Below are positions 7,435 through 15,219 of a DNA stretch of 32,000 nt, in pieces (positions within the stretch are counted from its first letter, which is position 1; each line of letters starts with the position of its first letter). Source of the stretch: Erysipelotrichaceae bacterium (GTDB taxonomy: Bacteria; Bacillota_I; Bacilli_A; Erysipelotrichales; Erysipelotrichaceae); contig OY760660.1 of NCBI GenBank assembly GCA_963663995.1, positions 780,001 through 812,000 of the forward strand. The letters are read 5' to 3'. Both the position numbers and the translations under genes were made by a program. Under the pieces are notes generated by a model. That model was not told the origin of the DNA and searched no databases. It saw only the letters and a program-made list of their open reading frames with translations.

Positions 7435-8307
7435 AATTTTCTTTACTGGAATCCAAATTTCACTATGATAGCGTGGATGAGTAATATCTGGATGTTCATG
7501 CCATACAATTTCTGGTCCTTCAATCGCTTCGTACCCTGACGAGATAAACCACTCAGAATATATTCTTCCCCATATATTTTGTAATGTTTCAGGGAAAGGT
7601 CCAATCGATTCAAAGACAGCCCACGTAGAAGCATCAACCTCTAAACTTTCAAAACCTTTTGTATCATTAGAATCTGTCGCAACCCCAATCATATGATCAC
7701 ATTCTCCTTTTTCATCCATTCTTGATTCTGAGAAATGGTAGGATGCACTAATAATACCTTTTGGTTCAATATTAGAAATTGATTTTAAATCCCTAATAAT
7801 TTCTGGTGTGAGGGTTTGCGCTAATTTTATAATTTCTTCATTCTGTCCATTAAATATTATGGGCACTCTTTTTTTCAATCCTACACATTTAAACGCTTCT
7901 TTTTCGACGAGTCTATATTTCATTTCATCAGCTCCTTTTATACTTAAGGCAAAGGTCATTTTAGGATAAACTTTAATCATTGTATTTTCTTTACGTGCAT
8001 CTTTTGGTAAGACATTATGACAGTTATAAAAAGCTCTTGAGAATGCATCAGCTGATTGATATCCATATTTAATGGCAATATCGATTATTCTCAAATCACT
8101 GTCCTTTAAATCAATGGCTGCTAAACTTAATTTGCGCTTACGAATATATTGAGATAATGGCATTTGGGCGATATAGGTAAACATTCTCTTGAAATGATAT
8201 TCTGAACACATTGCAATTTTTGCTAATTCACTCAGTTCAGTTTCATCACATAAATGTTCATCAATATACTTTAAAGCTTTATTCATTGCATCGATTGAAT
8301 CCATCAT
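7432..8307 (-). CDS. AraC family transcriptional regulator with C-terminal GyrI-like effector-binding domain
   Basis: 291 aa. The N-terminal double HTH of AraC/XylS type includes LSELAKIAMCSEYHFKRMFTYIAQMPLSQYIRKRKL...IAIKYGYQSADAFSRAF. The C-terminal ~170 aa are GyrI-like (YRLVEKEAFKCVGLKK...WGRIYSEWF...EIWIPVKK). AAGGAGGG SD precedes the ATG. Confidence 0.85.
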   Translation of the reverse strand: MMDSIDAMNKALKYIDEHLCDETELSELAKIAMCSEYHFKRMFTYIAQMPLSQYIRKRKLSLAAIDLKDSDLRIIDIAIKYGYQSADAFSRAFYNCHNVLPKDARKENTMIKVYPKMTFALSIKGADEMKYRLVEKEAFKCVGLKKRVPIIFNGQNEEIIKLAQTLTPEIIRDLKSISNIEPKGIISASYHFSESRMDEKGECDHMIGVATDSNDTKGFESLEVDASTWAVFESIGPFPETLQNIWGRIYSEWFISSGYEAIEGPEIVWHEHPDITHPRYHSEIWIPVKKI

Positions 8308-8492
8308 GACCCTCCTTATGACATAAGATTAATTGACTTAGCTAAAATAGGTCCGATAATTTAGGACTATTATTAGTCGCCTCATAATTTGTATTCTAAC
8401 ATTAAGAATATTTCCTGTATTAAAATACGAACGAGTTTATAGTGTAAAATAAAGTTAAATAATGCATTTATTTAATTTAAAAGGAGACTTGC

Positions 8493-9602
8493 ATGGAAGC
8501 GAATTTTGTCCAATGGGATTTATTAAGTGAATTTATAGAAGAAGCATTTGTAGCTTATGGGGTACCACGTGATGATGCGAAGATTTGTCGTGATGTTTTA
8601 CTAGCCTCTGATAAAAAAGGGATTAATTCACATGGAGTTAATCGATTTAAACCCATTTATTTAGATCGTATAAAAGCTGGGATTCAAAACCCTATAACCA
8701 ATTTCGAAATTATTCGTGAAACTTATACAACAGCTGTTGTCGATGGACATGATGGTATGGGTCAAGTCATTGGTGTAAAAGCTATGAATATGGCCATAGA
8801 AAAAGCTAAGCAATATGGCATGGGCATGGTTGCTGTGCGTAATTCTTGTCATTATGGAATAGCTGGGTATTACACTGATATGGCTGCAGATGCCGGATGT
8901 ATTGGCATGACTGGGACTAATGCACGGCCTTCCATTGCCCCAACCTTTGGCGTTGAAAATATGTTAGGCACAAATCCATTAACGATTGGCTTCCCAACAG
9001 ATGAAGAATTTAACTTCTGTTTAGACTGTGCAACTTCCATTACCCAAAGAGGTAAGATTGAATATTTTGCACGTACAGATCAAGATACTCCAGCTGGTAT
9101 GGTTATTGGAAGAGATGGCACAGCACTGACTGATTCTAAGCAAATTCTATTAGATTTAGTTCATGGTGAAGCTGCTTTAGCACCACTGGGTGGTATAGGT
9201 GAAGAACTAGCAGGCTATAAAGGCTATGGTTATGCGACAGTAGTTGAAGTATTATCAGCTGCCCTACAACAAGGTAATTTCTTAAGAATGTTAACTGGAT
9301 TAAGTGATACGGGTGAAAAACAAGCTTATCATTTAGGTCATTTCTTTATTGCGATTGATACAGAAGCCTTTATGGGACTTGAATCCTTTAAGAAAACAGC
9401 CGGTGATATTCTAAGAGATCTAAGAGGTTCAACTAAAGCTCCAGGCTATGATAGAATCTTTACCGCAGGTGAAAAAGAATATGATGCTTGGTTATATCGT
9501 AAAGATAAAGGGGTTCCTATTAATACAGAAGTTCAACATGAGTTTGTAAAAGTCCGAGATGAACTTGGCTTAAATCAATTTAAATTCCCATTTGAAAAAT
9601 AA
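8493..9602 (+). CDS. Ldh2-family (malate/L-lactate/sulfolactate-type) 2-hydroxyacid dehydrogenase
   Basis: 369 aa. Family pattern GVPRDDA...L..SD..GI.SHGV.R...Y, HDGMGQVIG..AM..AIEKAK.YG.GMV.VRNS.H.G, GTNP...G.P. AAAGGAGA SD lies 6 nt upstream. Divergently transcribed from the AraC/GyrI regulator. Confidence 0.85.
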   Translation: MEANFVQWDLLSEFIEEAFVAYGVPRDDAKICRDVLLASDKKGINSHGVNRFKPIYLDRIKAGIQNPITNFEIIRETYTTAVVDGHDGMGQVIGVKAMNMAIEKAKQYGMGMVAVRNSCHYGIAGYYTDMAADAGCIGMTGTNARPSIAPTFGVENMLGTNPLTIGFPTDEEFNFCLDCATSITQRGKIEYFARTDQDTPAGMVIGRDGTALTDSKQILLDLVHGEAALAPLGGIGEELAGYKGYGYATVVEVLSAALQQGNFLRMLTGLSDTGEKQAYHLGHFFIAIDTEAFMGLESFKKTAGDILRDLRGSTKAPGYDRIFTAGEKEYDAWLYRKDKGVPINTEVQHEFVKVRDELGLNQFKFPFEK

Positions 9603-9610
9603 GTAAACAA

Positions 9611-9640
9611 AAGTCTTGATACAGCATCAAGACTTTTTTC
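9611..9640. terminator. bidirectional rho-independent terminator between convergent Ldh2-family and aldo/keto reductase genes
   Basis: Perfect 10-bp stem AAGTCTTGAT (9611..9620) / ATCAAGACTT (9626..9635) with a 5-nt loop. There is a T run on the plus strand (9634..9639) and a UUUUGUUU run on the minus strand. Confidence 0.75.
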
Positions 9641-9648
9641 ATGTAATA

Positions 9649-10518
9649 TTAATCGTGAATTTTAATATTATGGACCATTCGAACAAATTCAGGATCAAAA
9701 TGTTTTACGGCTGTCCCAACATAACCTTGATCTAATGAAGCGATTTGAGTCATTTCTTCATCATTTAAAGTAAAATCCCAAAGATCGAAATTTTGTTCAA
9801 TTCTCTCAATATGTGTTGATTTAGGAATAACCACAACACCTCTTTGAACATTCCATCGTAAGATTACTTGCGCAATAGTCTTTTGATGTTTATCAGCAAT
9901 CCCCTTTAACATTTCATTTTCAAATGGATTATATCTTCCACCACCTAAAGGTGCCCAAGCTTCTGCAACAACGTTATATTGTTTCATTGTCTCTAAAGCT
10001 TTTTCTTGTGTGAAGTACGGATGTAATTCAACTTGGTTAACCATCGGTTTGATTGTGACAGTCTCACATAAATTAGTTAGAGTATGCGGATAAAAATTAG
10101 ATACACCAATGGCTTTAAGTTTACCCGATTGATAAGCTGATTCCATGGCACGCCATGCGCTGAAGTAATCTTTCATCGCTTGATGAAGTAAATATAGATC
10201 TAAATATTCTAAACCCATTTTACGCAAGGATTCATTAATTGCTTTTTCAGCCGTTTCATAACTTTCCATATCTTGCACCCAAAGTTTAGATGTGATAAAC
10301 AAGTCTTCGCGCTTACATAAACCACTTTCTATTGCTTCCTTTACAGCCGCACCGACGGCTTCTTCATTCCCATAAACAGCTGCCGTATCAATGAGTCGAT
10401 AGCCAACTTTAATCGCATCCAGTACAGATTGTTTGCATAGCTCTTGGTCACGAATTTGAAAGACACCAAAACCTTCCATTGGCATTTCAATCCCATTATT
10501 TAATTTTATATATTCCAT
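9649..10518 (-). CDS. aldo/keto reductase (diketogluconate/glyoxal reductase-like)
   Basis: 289 aa. Classic AKR motifs GYRLIDTAAVYGNEE, LFITSKLW, LDLYLLH, KAIGVSNF, NQVELHPY, AWAPLG and IPKS..ERI.QN. GGAGA SD lies 6 nt upstream. Confidence 0.9.
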   Translation of the reverse strand: MEYIKLNNGIEMPMEGFGVFQIRDQELCKQSVLDAIKVGYRLIDTAAVYGNEEAVGAAVKEAIESGLCKREDLFITSKLWVQDMESYETAEKAINESLRKMGLEYLDLYLLHQAMKDYFSAWRAMESAYQSGKLKAIGVSNFYPHTLTNLCETVTIKPMVNQVELHPYFTQEKALETMKQYNVVAEAWAPLGGGRYNPFENEMLKGIADKHQKTIAQVILRWNVQRGVVVIPKSTHIERIEQNFDLWDFTLNDEEMTQIASLDQGYVGTAVKHFDPEFVRMVHNIKIHD

Positions 10519-10542
10519 ATTTATTCTCCATTCTTTAACAGT

Positions 10543-10573
10543 ATTCTACGCCTTAGACTTAAGTCTAAGTCAA
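10543..10573 (-). promoter_or_regulatory. MerR-type promoter of the aldo/keto reductase gene: TTGACT - 19 bp - TAGAAT with a perfect 18-bp dyad in the spacer
   Basis: Minus strand reads gcTTGACTtagacttaagtctaaggcgTAGAATactgttaaagaatGGAGAataaatATG.
- -35 at 10568..10573.
- -10 at 10543..10548.
- Spacer is exactly 19 nt.
- Perfect palindrome CTTAGACTTAAGTCTAAG at 10552..10569. Confidence 0.5.
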
Positions 10574-10585
10574 GCAATAAAAGCA

Positions 10586-10636
10586 TAAAAAAATATCGTA
10601 TATAGATTATTCAAGTGATAAGCTTACATACGATAT
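10586..10636 (-). terminator. probable terminator of ppnP
   Basis: On the minus-strand RNA there is a 12-bp stem (10593..10604 pairs with 10625..10636, one G-U) with a 20-nt loop, followed by 7 U (plus A run 10587..10593). The long loop lowers confidence. Confidence 0.45.
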
Positions 10637-10726
10637 GTTTTAGTTTAAGAATATTTTTATCAGAACTTAGCTCAATAATTTCTTGATTAAGTGTTACTGT
10701 AACTACAACTTTTAAAAAATGTTTAA

Positions 10727-11044
10727 TTACTCACTGATATATGAACAACAATAATCACTAACTTCACTAATTGAAACTTTGAATTTTGAATTAGCAGCGA
10801 CTTCAAAACTTGTTCCAGCTGGATAGCTTTCCCATGACTCTTTACCGGGTAATAAAGTTTTGATTTCACCTGCTAAAACTTCCATGATTTCTTTATCAGC
10901 TGTACCAAATTCATATTCACCTGGTAAAAGAATACCTAATGTTTTCTTGCTTCCATCAGCAAATAAAACAGTACGGCTTGTTACTTTTCCATCAAAATAA
11001 ACATTTGCTTTTTTAACGACCGTAACATTTTTAAAATCTTCCAT
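10727..11044 (-). CDS. ppnP: pyrimidine/purine nucleoside phosphorylase PpnP (DUF1255/YaiE family)
   Basis: 105 aa. [14 protein letters not shown]...[31 protein letters not shown]...[15 protein letters not shown]...DYCCSY aligns by eye along the full length with E. coli PpnP (YFSGKV.S...GV...GEY.F.T...E.M.V..G...VLLP....W..Y.AG..F.VP..S.F..Y.C.Y). AAAGGAGA SD is present. Confidence 0.85.
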   Translation of the reverse strand: MEDFKNVTVVKKANVYFDGKVTSRTVLFADGSKKTLGILLPGEYEFGTADKEIMEVLAGEIKTLLPGKESWESYPAGTSFEVAANSKFKVSISEVSDYCCSYISE

Positions 11045-11075
11045 TTCAAATCTCCTTTTATTTTATTTAGTCATT

Positions 11076-11084
11076 AGTATAGCA
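11076..11084 (-). promoter_or_regulatory. candidate extended -10 promoter (TGcTATACT) for ppnP
   Basis: Minus strand reads ...ttttaaaTGcTATACTaatgactaaataaaataAAAGGAGAtttgaaATG. It has the TGn extended -10 motif but no good -35. Confidence 0.35.
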
Positions 11085-11141
11085 TTTAAAACTATTTTTT
11101 TAATACGTTTTCTAAACTGAAAATTAATCTCAATTTTTAAT

Positions 11142-11708
11142 TTAAATCTGCTTTTCTTTTGGAACATCCATATAAAAGAACAACCAAGCAAAAGCACTCA
11201 TAAACATCAGTCTTTGAAATAAACCCATACACATTGGAAGAGAAAACATAGCCAAAGACAGACCTATTGAAATAAACCCCATTAATATTCCGATAATTCT
11301 TTGTCGATGTGCACTCATAAAACCATGACCAAATGCTAAAAGTGTGAAACTTATCCCTGTTAAGTTCGCAAAAATTGAATGCAAATTATCATTTATATCA
11401 TTTACACTAACAGTTTCGATTAAAGGAGCATGTTGGAAAATACCCGTCATCAACAAACTTAAGCCAAACAATACGCCAATGATTTGATGGTATCGAATTT
11501 TACTTTGGATTGAAACCCACACAGAACTTAAACCAAGTAAAACAAAAACGATATTCATAATCCATGCATAAGGAGAAGCTTGTGCTGCTAGATGACTTGT
11601 CGTATTACTGATGATTGAATAGCCTTCAAAACTATAAAAAGGTAAAACAAAAGAAACCAGTAAAAACAAAAGATAAGTCATTACATAGAATTTATGTTTA
11701 TTTCTCAC
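11142..11708 (-). CDS. DUF998-like integral membrane protein
   Basis: 188 aa with a GTG start and GGGAG 8 nt upstream. About 6 predicted TM segments. The N-terminal EGYSIISNTTSHLAAQASPYAWIMNIVFVLLG resembles the DUF998 signature (YS....TIS.LGA.G.P.A..MN..F...G). Family assignment is by eye only. Confidence 0.5.
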   Translation of the reverse strand: MRNKHKFYVMTYLLFLLVSFVLPFYSFEGYSIISNTTSHLAAQASPYAWIMNIVFVLLGLSSVWVSIQSKIRYHQIIGVLFGLSLLMTGIFQHAPLIETVSVNDINDNLHSIFANLTGISFTLLAFGHGFMSAHRQRIIGILMGFISIGLSLAMFSLPMCMGLFQRLMFMSAFAWLFFYMDVPKEKQI

Positions 11709-11735
11709 TTCACTTGCTCCCTTATTTAGATACTT

Positions 11736-13043
11736 TTAAATATGACTTAGTTTAACCACTGTCTCCACATGGAAAGTATGTGGGAACATATCAACACAGT
11801 GGATATTTTCAATAGAATATTGATTTGTTAAAAGTTTAAGATCACGTGTAAGTGTTCCAGGATCACAGGATACATAAATGATTGAATCAGCCGCTAATTC
11901 TAAAAGACTAAATATCGTCTCTTCACTTAAACCTTTACGTGGTGGATCTACAATCACGACATCAATTTTTTGATTTAATTGTTGAAATGCATCTTTGGCA
12001 TCACCACAAATAAAAGATAAATTATCTAAGTTATTTAATTTTGCATTACGTTTCGCATCTTCAATCGCATCATCGACCACTTCAACACCAATGACTTCTT
12101 TGGCCACTCTTGCCGCAAACATTGAGATAGTCCCAATACCACAATAAAGATCGAGAACTGTTTTTGTTTTGTCTAAATCAGCGAACTCGATTGCTTTTTT
12201 ATACAGTTTGACTGTTTGTACAGGATTTACTTGATAGAAACTGGCCGCTGATATTTCAAACGTCAAATCATCTAAATGATCAATAATCACATCAGTTCCA
12301 TTGATTGTTTCATAGTCTTTGCCTAAGACAACATTATCTTCCTTATTATTGATGTTGATTTGAATACTTTTAATATTCGGAAAAGCTTTAATCAGAGATT
12401 CGATAAATTCTTGTTTTAAAGCGATTTTCTTTTTACGAACAATTAAAACTAACATCAGATCCGTAGATTCAAAACCTTTCTTAATCAGTACATTTCTTAA
12501 ATTATCAAACGGAAGATGATTTGTTTGATAGAAGTTTTGAATGTGCTTTAAGATTTGATCAGCGTCTTCACTTTGAATTAAACATGTGTTAAACGGAACG
12601 ATATCGTGTGAATGCGCACGAAAGAAACCATAATCTCCTGCTTCATTAAATGGAACAATTGATTTATTACGATAGTGATTCGGATTATCCATTCCAGTAA
12701 TGTCTTCAATAAGTAGATTTTGATCAATATTTCTTTGAATCAAAGATTCTACATGGCGTTTTTTGAATTGAAGTTGATGAGCGTAGTTCATGTGTTGAAT
12801 TTGACATCCCCCACAGATATTGGCCACTGGACAAGCTGGTTCGACGCGATCTTTACTTTTTTCAATAAGTTCAGATACTTTTCCAAATGCATAAGAAGAA
12901 TTCACTTTAACAATAAGTACATCAGCAATTTCTCCAATTAACATATTCGGTACAAAAACGACAAAAGACTCGTGTTTGCACACAGCTAATCCTTTTTCGT
13001 TATAATCAATAGCGGTAAGTCTTAGTGTTTCATTTTTTTTCAT
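11736..13043 (-). CDS. rlmD: 23S rRNA (uracil-C5)-methyltransferase, RlmD/RumA type (TRAM + Fe-S + class I MTase)
   Basis: 435 aa.
- N-terminal TRAM-like barrel (AIDYNEKGLAVCKH...VFVPNMLIGEIADVLIVKV).
- Cys cluster CPVANICGGCQIQH plus a later C (NTC).
- SAM motif VLDLYCGIGTISMFAA.
- DPPRKG.
- Catalytic YVSCDPGTLTRD.
No recognisable SD in front of the ATG. Confidence 0.85.
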   Translation of the reverse strand: MKKNETLRLTAIDYNEKGLAVCKHESFVVFVPNMLIGEIADVLIVKVNSSYAFGKVSELIEKSKDRVEPACPVANICGGCQIQHMNYAHQLQFKKRHVESLIQRNIDQNLLIEDITGMDNPNHYRNKSIVPFNEAGDYGFFRAHSHDIVPFNTCLIQSEDADQILKHIQNFYQTNHLPFDNLRNVLIKKGFESTDLMLVLIVRKKKIALKQEFIESLIKAFPNIKSIQININNKEDNVVLGKDYETINGTDVIIDHLDDLTFEISAASFYQVNPVQTVKLYKKAIEFADLDKTKTVLDLYCGIGTISMFAARVAKEVIGVEVVDDAIEDAKRNAKLNNLDNLSFICGDAKDAFQQLNQKIDVVIVDPPRKGLSEETIFSLLELAADSIIYVSCDPGTLTRDLKLLTNQYSIENIHCVDMFPHTFHVETVVKLSHI

Positions 13044-13045
13044 TT

Positions 13046-13075
13046 TTAAGTTAAAAGAGGCCTTTTGCCTCTTTA
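13046..13075 (-). terminator. hairpin (weak terminator/attenuator) between the unknown membrane protein and rlmD
   Basis: 7-bp stem AAGAGGC (13055..13061) / GCCTCTT (13067..13073) with a 5-nt loop, followed on the minus strand by only UUUU, then AACUUAAAA-AUG of rlmD. The TAA stop (13073..13075) abuts the stem. Confidence 0.4.
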
Positions 13076-13768
13076 TTGTCCTGTCGTATCTGTATTTTGT
13101 GCGTCGGTGGAATCCGTTGGAATATTCGTCGCATCTTCTGTGACTGGATTATTCTTTGCTTCCAAAGCAGCTAGTAGTTCAGCGGCTAAATCAGGATTTA
13201 CAGCAGTTGAGACATCTTGGATAGCCCATTCTGTCATATTTCCATTTTTAGTAAGTATTGTATGTAGATTAACTGAATCATCAGCCATACTCATGTTGTA
13301 CACATCAATTTGTAAATCATACATTTTCTTTGCATCTGTAGAGGTAAAGTATGTATCAATCGCAATGGCTCCATCAATTACATCCACAGCTTCTGTCGCG
13401 ATATCAGCAAAACTTTCAGCGCCTAAATCTGGATCAACTTTAATACTGACAATTACGGTTGCCGCATGTAAGTTAACAGAAACAGATTGAACCGATAAAG
13501 CTTCAAGTTCACTTTGAACATTAGTAATCATGGCATCTGTAATCTCAGGATCAAGGTCATTATTGAATCGATTGCCTTCAATAACATTACCCGTCGCAAG
13601 TGATGATTGGAGTAAAATCACTAATAAGATGATGACAGGGATTGAAAAGAAGACTAATCCTGCCCAGAAAATGGCATTGCCTTTAAATATCTTATTAAAG
13701 AGTTTACTGTGTGATTTCTTTTTTGTTTGTGTTTTTTGATTTGTGTTTTTTGTCATAACATAGTCCAT
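13073..13768 (-). CDS. hypothetical membrane-anchored acidic protein (unknown function)
   Basis: 231 aa. It has a basic N-terminus (KKKSHSK), one TM (AIFWAGLVFFSIPVIILLVILL), a ~150-aa Asp/Glu/Thr-rich extracytoplasmic region, and a low-complexity tail (NNPVTEDATNIPTDSTDAQNTDTTGQ). I recognise no motif. The start could instead be the ATG at 13756 (MTKNTNQK); neither start has a strong SD. Confidence 0.6.
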   Translation of the reverse strand: MDYVMTKNTNQKTQTKKKSHSKLFNKIFKGNAIFWAGLVFFSIPVIILLVILLQSSLATGNVIEGNRFNNDLDPEITDAMITNVQSELEALSVQSVSVNLHAATVIVSIKVDPDLGAESFADIATEAVDVIDGAIAIDTYFTSTDAKKMYDLQIDVYNMSMADDSVNLHTILTKNGNMTEWAIQDVSTAVNPDLAAELLAALEAKNNPVTEDATNIPTDSTDAQNTDTTGQ

Positions 13769-13794
13769 TATAGCCTAAAGACTAATCTTTCGCA

Positions 13795-15219
13795 TTAGCC
13801 TCTTTCTTTTAAGGCTTTTAATAAGAGTTCATTGGTTTTTTGTGGGTTTGCTTGACCACGTGTTTTCTTCATGATTTGACCCACTAAGAAACCAAGTGCT
13901 CGATCTTTTCCATTATGGAAATCAATGATAGATTGCGCATTTTCATTAAGTGTTTCAGCAATTAAATTTTGAAGTGTTGATTCATCAGAAACTTGTTCAA
14001 TACTGAACTCTTTTACAATTGCTTTATAGTCTTTGCCATTTAATAAGTGTGTAAAGATTTCTTTGGCTTGTTTAGAAGATATTTCTTTTGAACCTAAGGC
14101 ATTTAACATTTGTCCAAATTCTTCAAGTTTAAGTTGATAGTCTTTATCATGGATTTTTTGGATATCAAGATTTGAAACAACTTCAGTTAAGACCCAATTA
14201 GCCGCAAGTGTTGCTTGAGTTGTATGCAAGATTAAACTGTCAAAGAAGTCAGATAAAACTTTATTTGCTATTAAACGATCTGCATCAATCTCATTAAGAC
14301 CTAAGACAAGATAACGTTCTTTTCTTTGATCTGGAAGTTCTGGTAAATTTGAAACAATTTCTTCCATCCATTTTGCATCGATTAAGATTGGTGGAATATT
14401 AGGTTCTGGGAAATATTTGTAATCAACTATTCCTTCTTTTTTACGCATTAAGACCGTTGTTTTATTCACATCATCAAAACGACGTGTTGCTTGTTCAACC
14501 ACTTCACCTTTATTTAATAATTCAGATTGACGTTTGATTTCAGCATCAACAGCGACTGCAATATTAGAAATGGAGTTTAAGTTTTTAATCTCTGTTTTAA
14601 CCCCAAATTTTTCAGTGCCTTCAGGTCTTAGTGAAATATTGACATCACATCTAAGTGATCCTTCTTCCATCTTGCCGTCAGTAACACCTAAATAAACGAG
14701 AATAGCACGTAGTTTTTCAACATATTTCATCGCTTCTTCAGCACTTCTCATATCGGCTTCAGAAACAATTTCAACTAGTGGTGTGCCTGCACGATTGAAG
14801 TCAATCCAGCTTTCTTCTTCAACATGATATTGTTTTGCTGTATCTTCTTCCATGTGTAAACGATTGATGCGAATATGTTTGATACCTTCTGCTGTTTCGA
14901 TATCAATATGTCCGTTAGTACCGATTGGATGGAATTGTTGAGTAATTTGAAAACCTTTTGGTAAATCTGAATAATAATAGTTTTTACGATCAAATTTAAT
15001 CAGTGGATCAATCTTTAAATTAAAAGCACGACAGGCCATAATCGCTAGTCTTACAGCTTCTTTATTTAATGAAGGGAGTGTTCCTGGATGACCTAGGTCG
15101 ACTTCATTGGTAGCTGTATTTGGTTGAGCACCCACAATGACTGGAGCAGATGAAAACATTTTAGTTTTAGTTTTGAGTTCGCAATGGATTTCTATCCCAA
15201 TGACTGTTTCGTAATTCAT
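13795..15219 (-). CDS. gatB: Asp-tRNA(Asn)/Glu-tRNA(Gln) amidotransferase subunit B
   Basis: 474 aa. MNYETVIGIEIHCEL.TKTKMF, NT..N.VDLG.PG.LP, YYYSDLPKGFQITQ, RLHMEEDTAK and a C-terminal YqeY-like tail (ALGFLVGQIMKKTRGQANP). ATGA overlap with the gatA stop. Confidence 0.95.
   Translation of the reverse strand: MNYETVIGIEIHCELKTKTKMFSSAPVIVGAQPNTATNEVDLGHPGTLPSLNKEAVRLAIMACRAFNLKIDPLIKFDRKNYYYSDLPKGFQITQQFHPIGTNGHIDIETAEGIKHIRINRLHMEEDTAKQYHVEEESWIDFNRAGTPLVEIVSEADMRSAEEAMKYVEKLRAILVYLGVTDGKMEEGSLRCDVNISLRPEGTEKFGVKTEIKNLNSISNIAVAVDAEIKRQSELLNKGEVVEQATRRFDDVNKTTVLMRKKEGIVDYKYFPEPNIPPILIDAKWMEEIVSNLPELPDQRKERYLVLGLNEIDADRLIANKVLSDFFDSLILHTTQATLAANWVLTEVVSNLDIQKIHDKDYQLKLEEFGQMLNALGSKEISSKQAKEIFTHLLNGKDYKAIVKEFSIEQVSDESTLQNLIAETLNENAQSIIDFHNGKDRALGFLVGQIMKKTRGQANPQKTNELLLKALKERG

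Noticed and set aside
13065-13739. Plus-strand ORFs 13065..13490 (Ser/Ala-rich, 141 aa) and 13530..13739
   Set aside because: They lie antisense to the better-supported minus-strand gene 13073..13768. Their low-complexity composition is the mirror of the acidic Asp/Glu/Thr-rich sense protein. They have no SD, and one starts at a TTG inside a hairpin.
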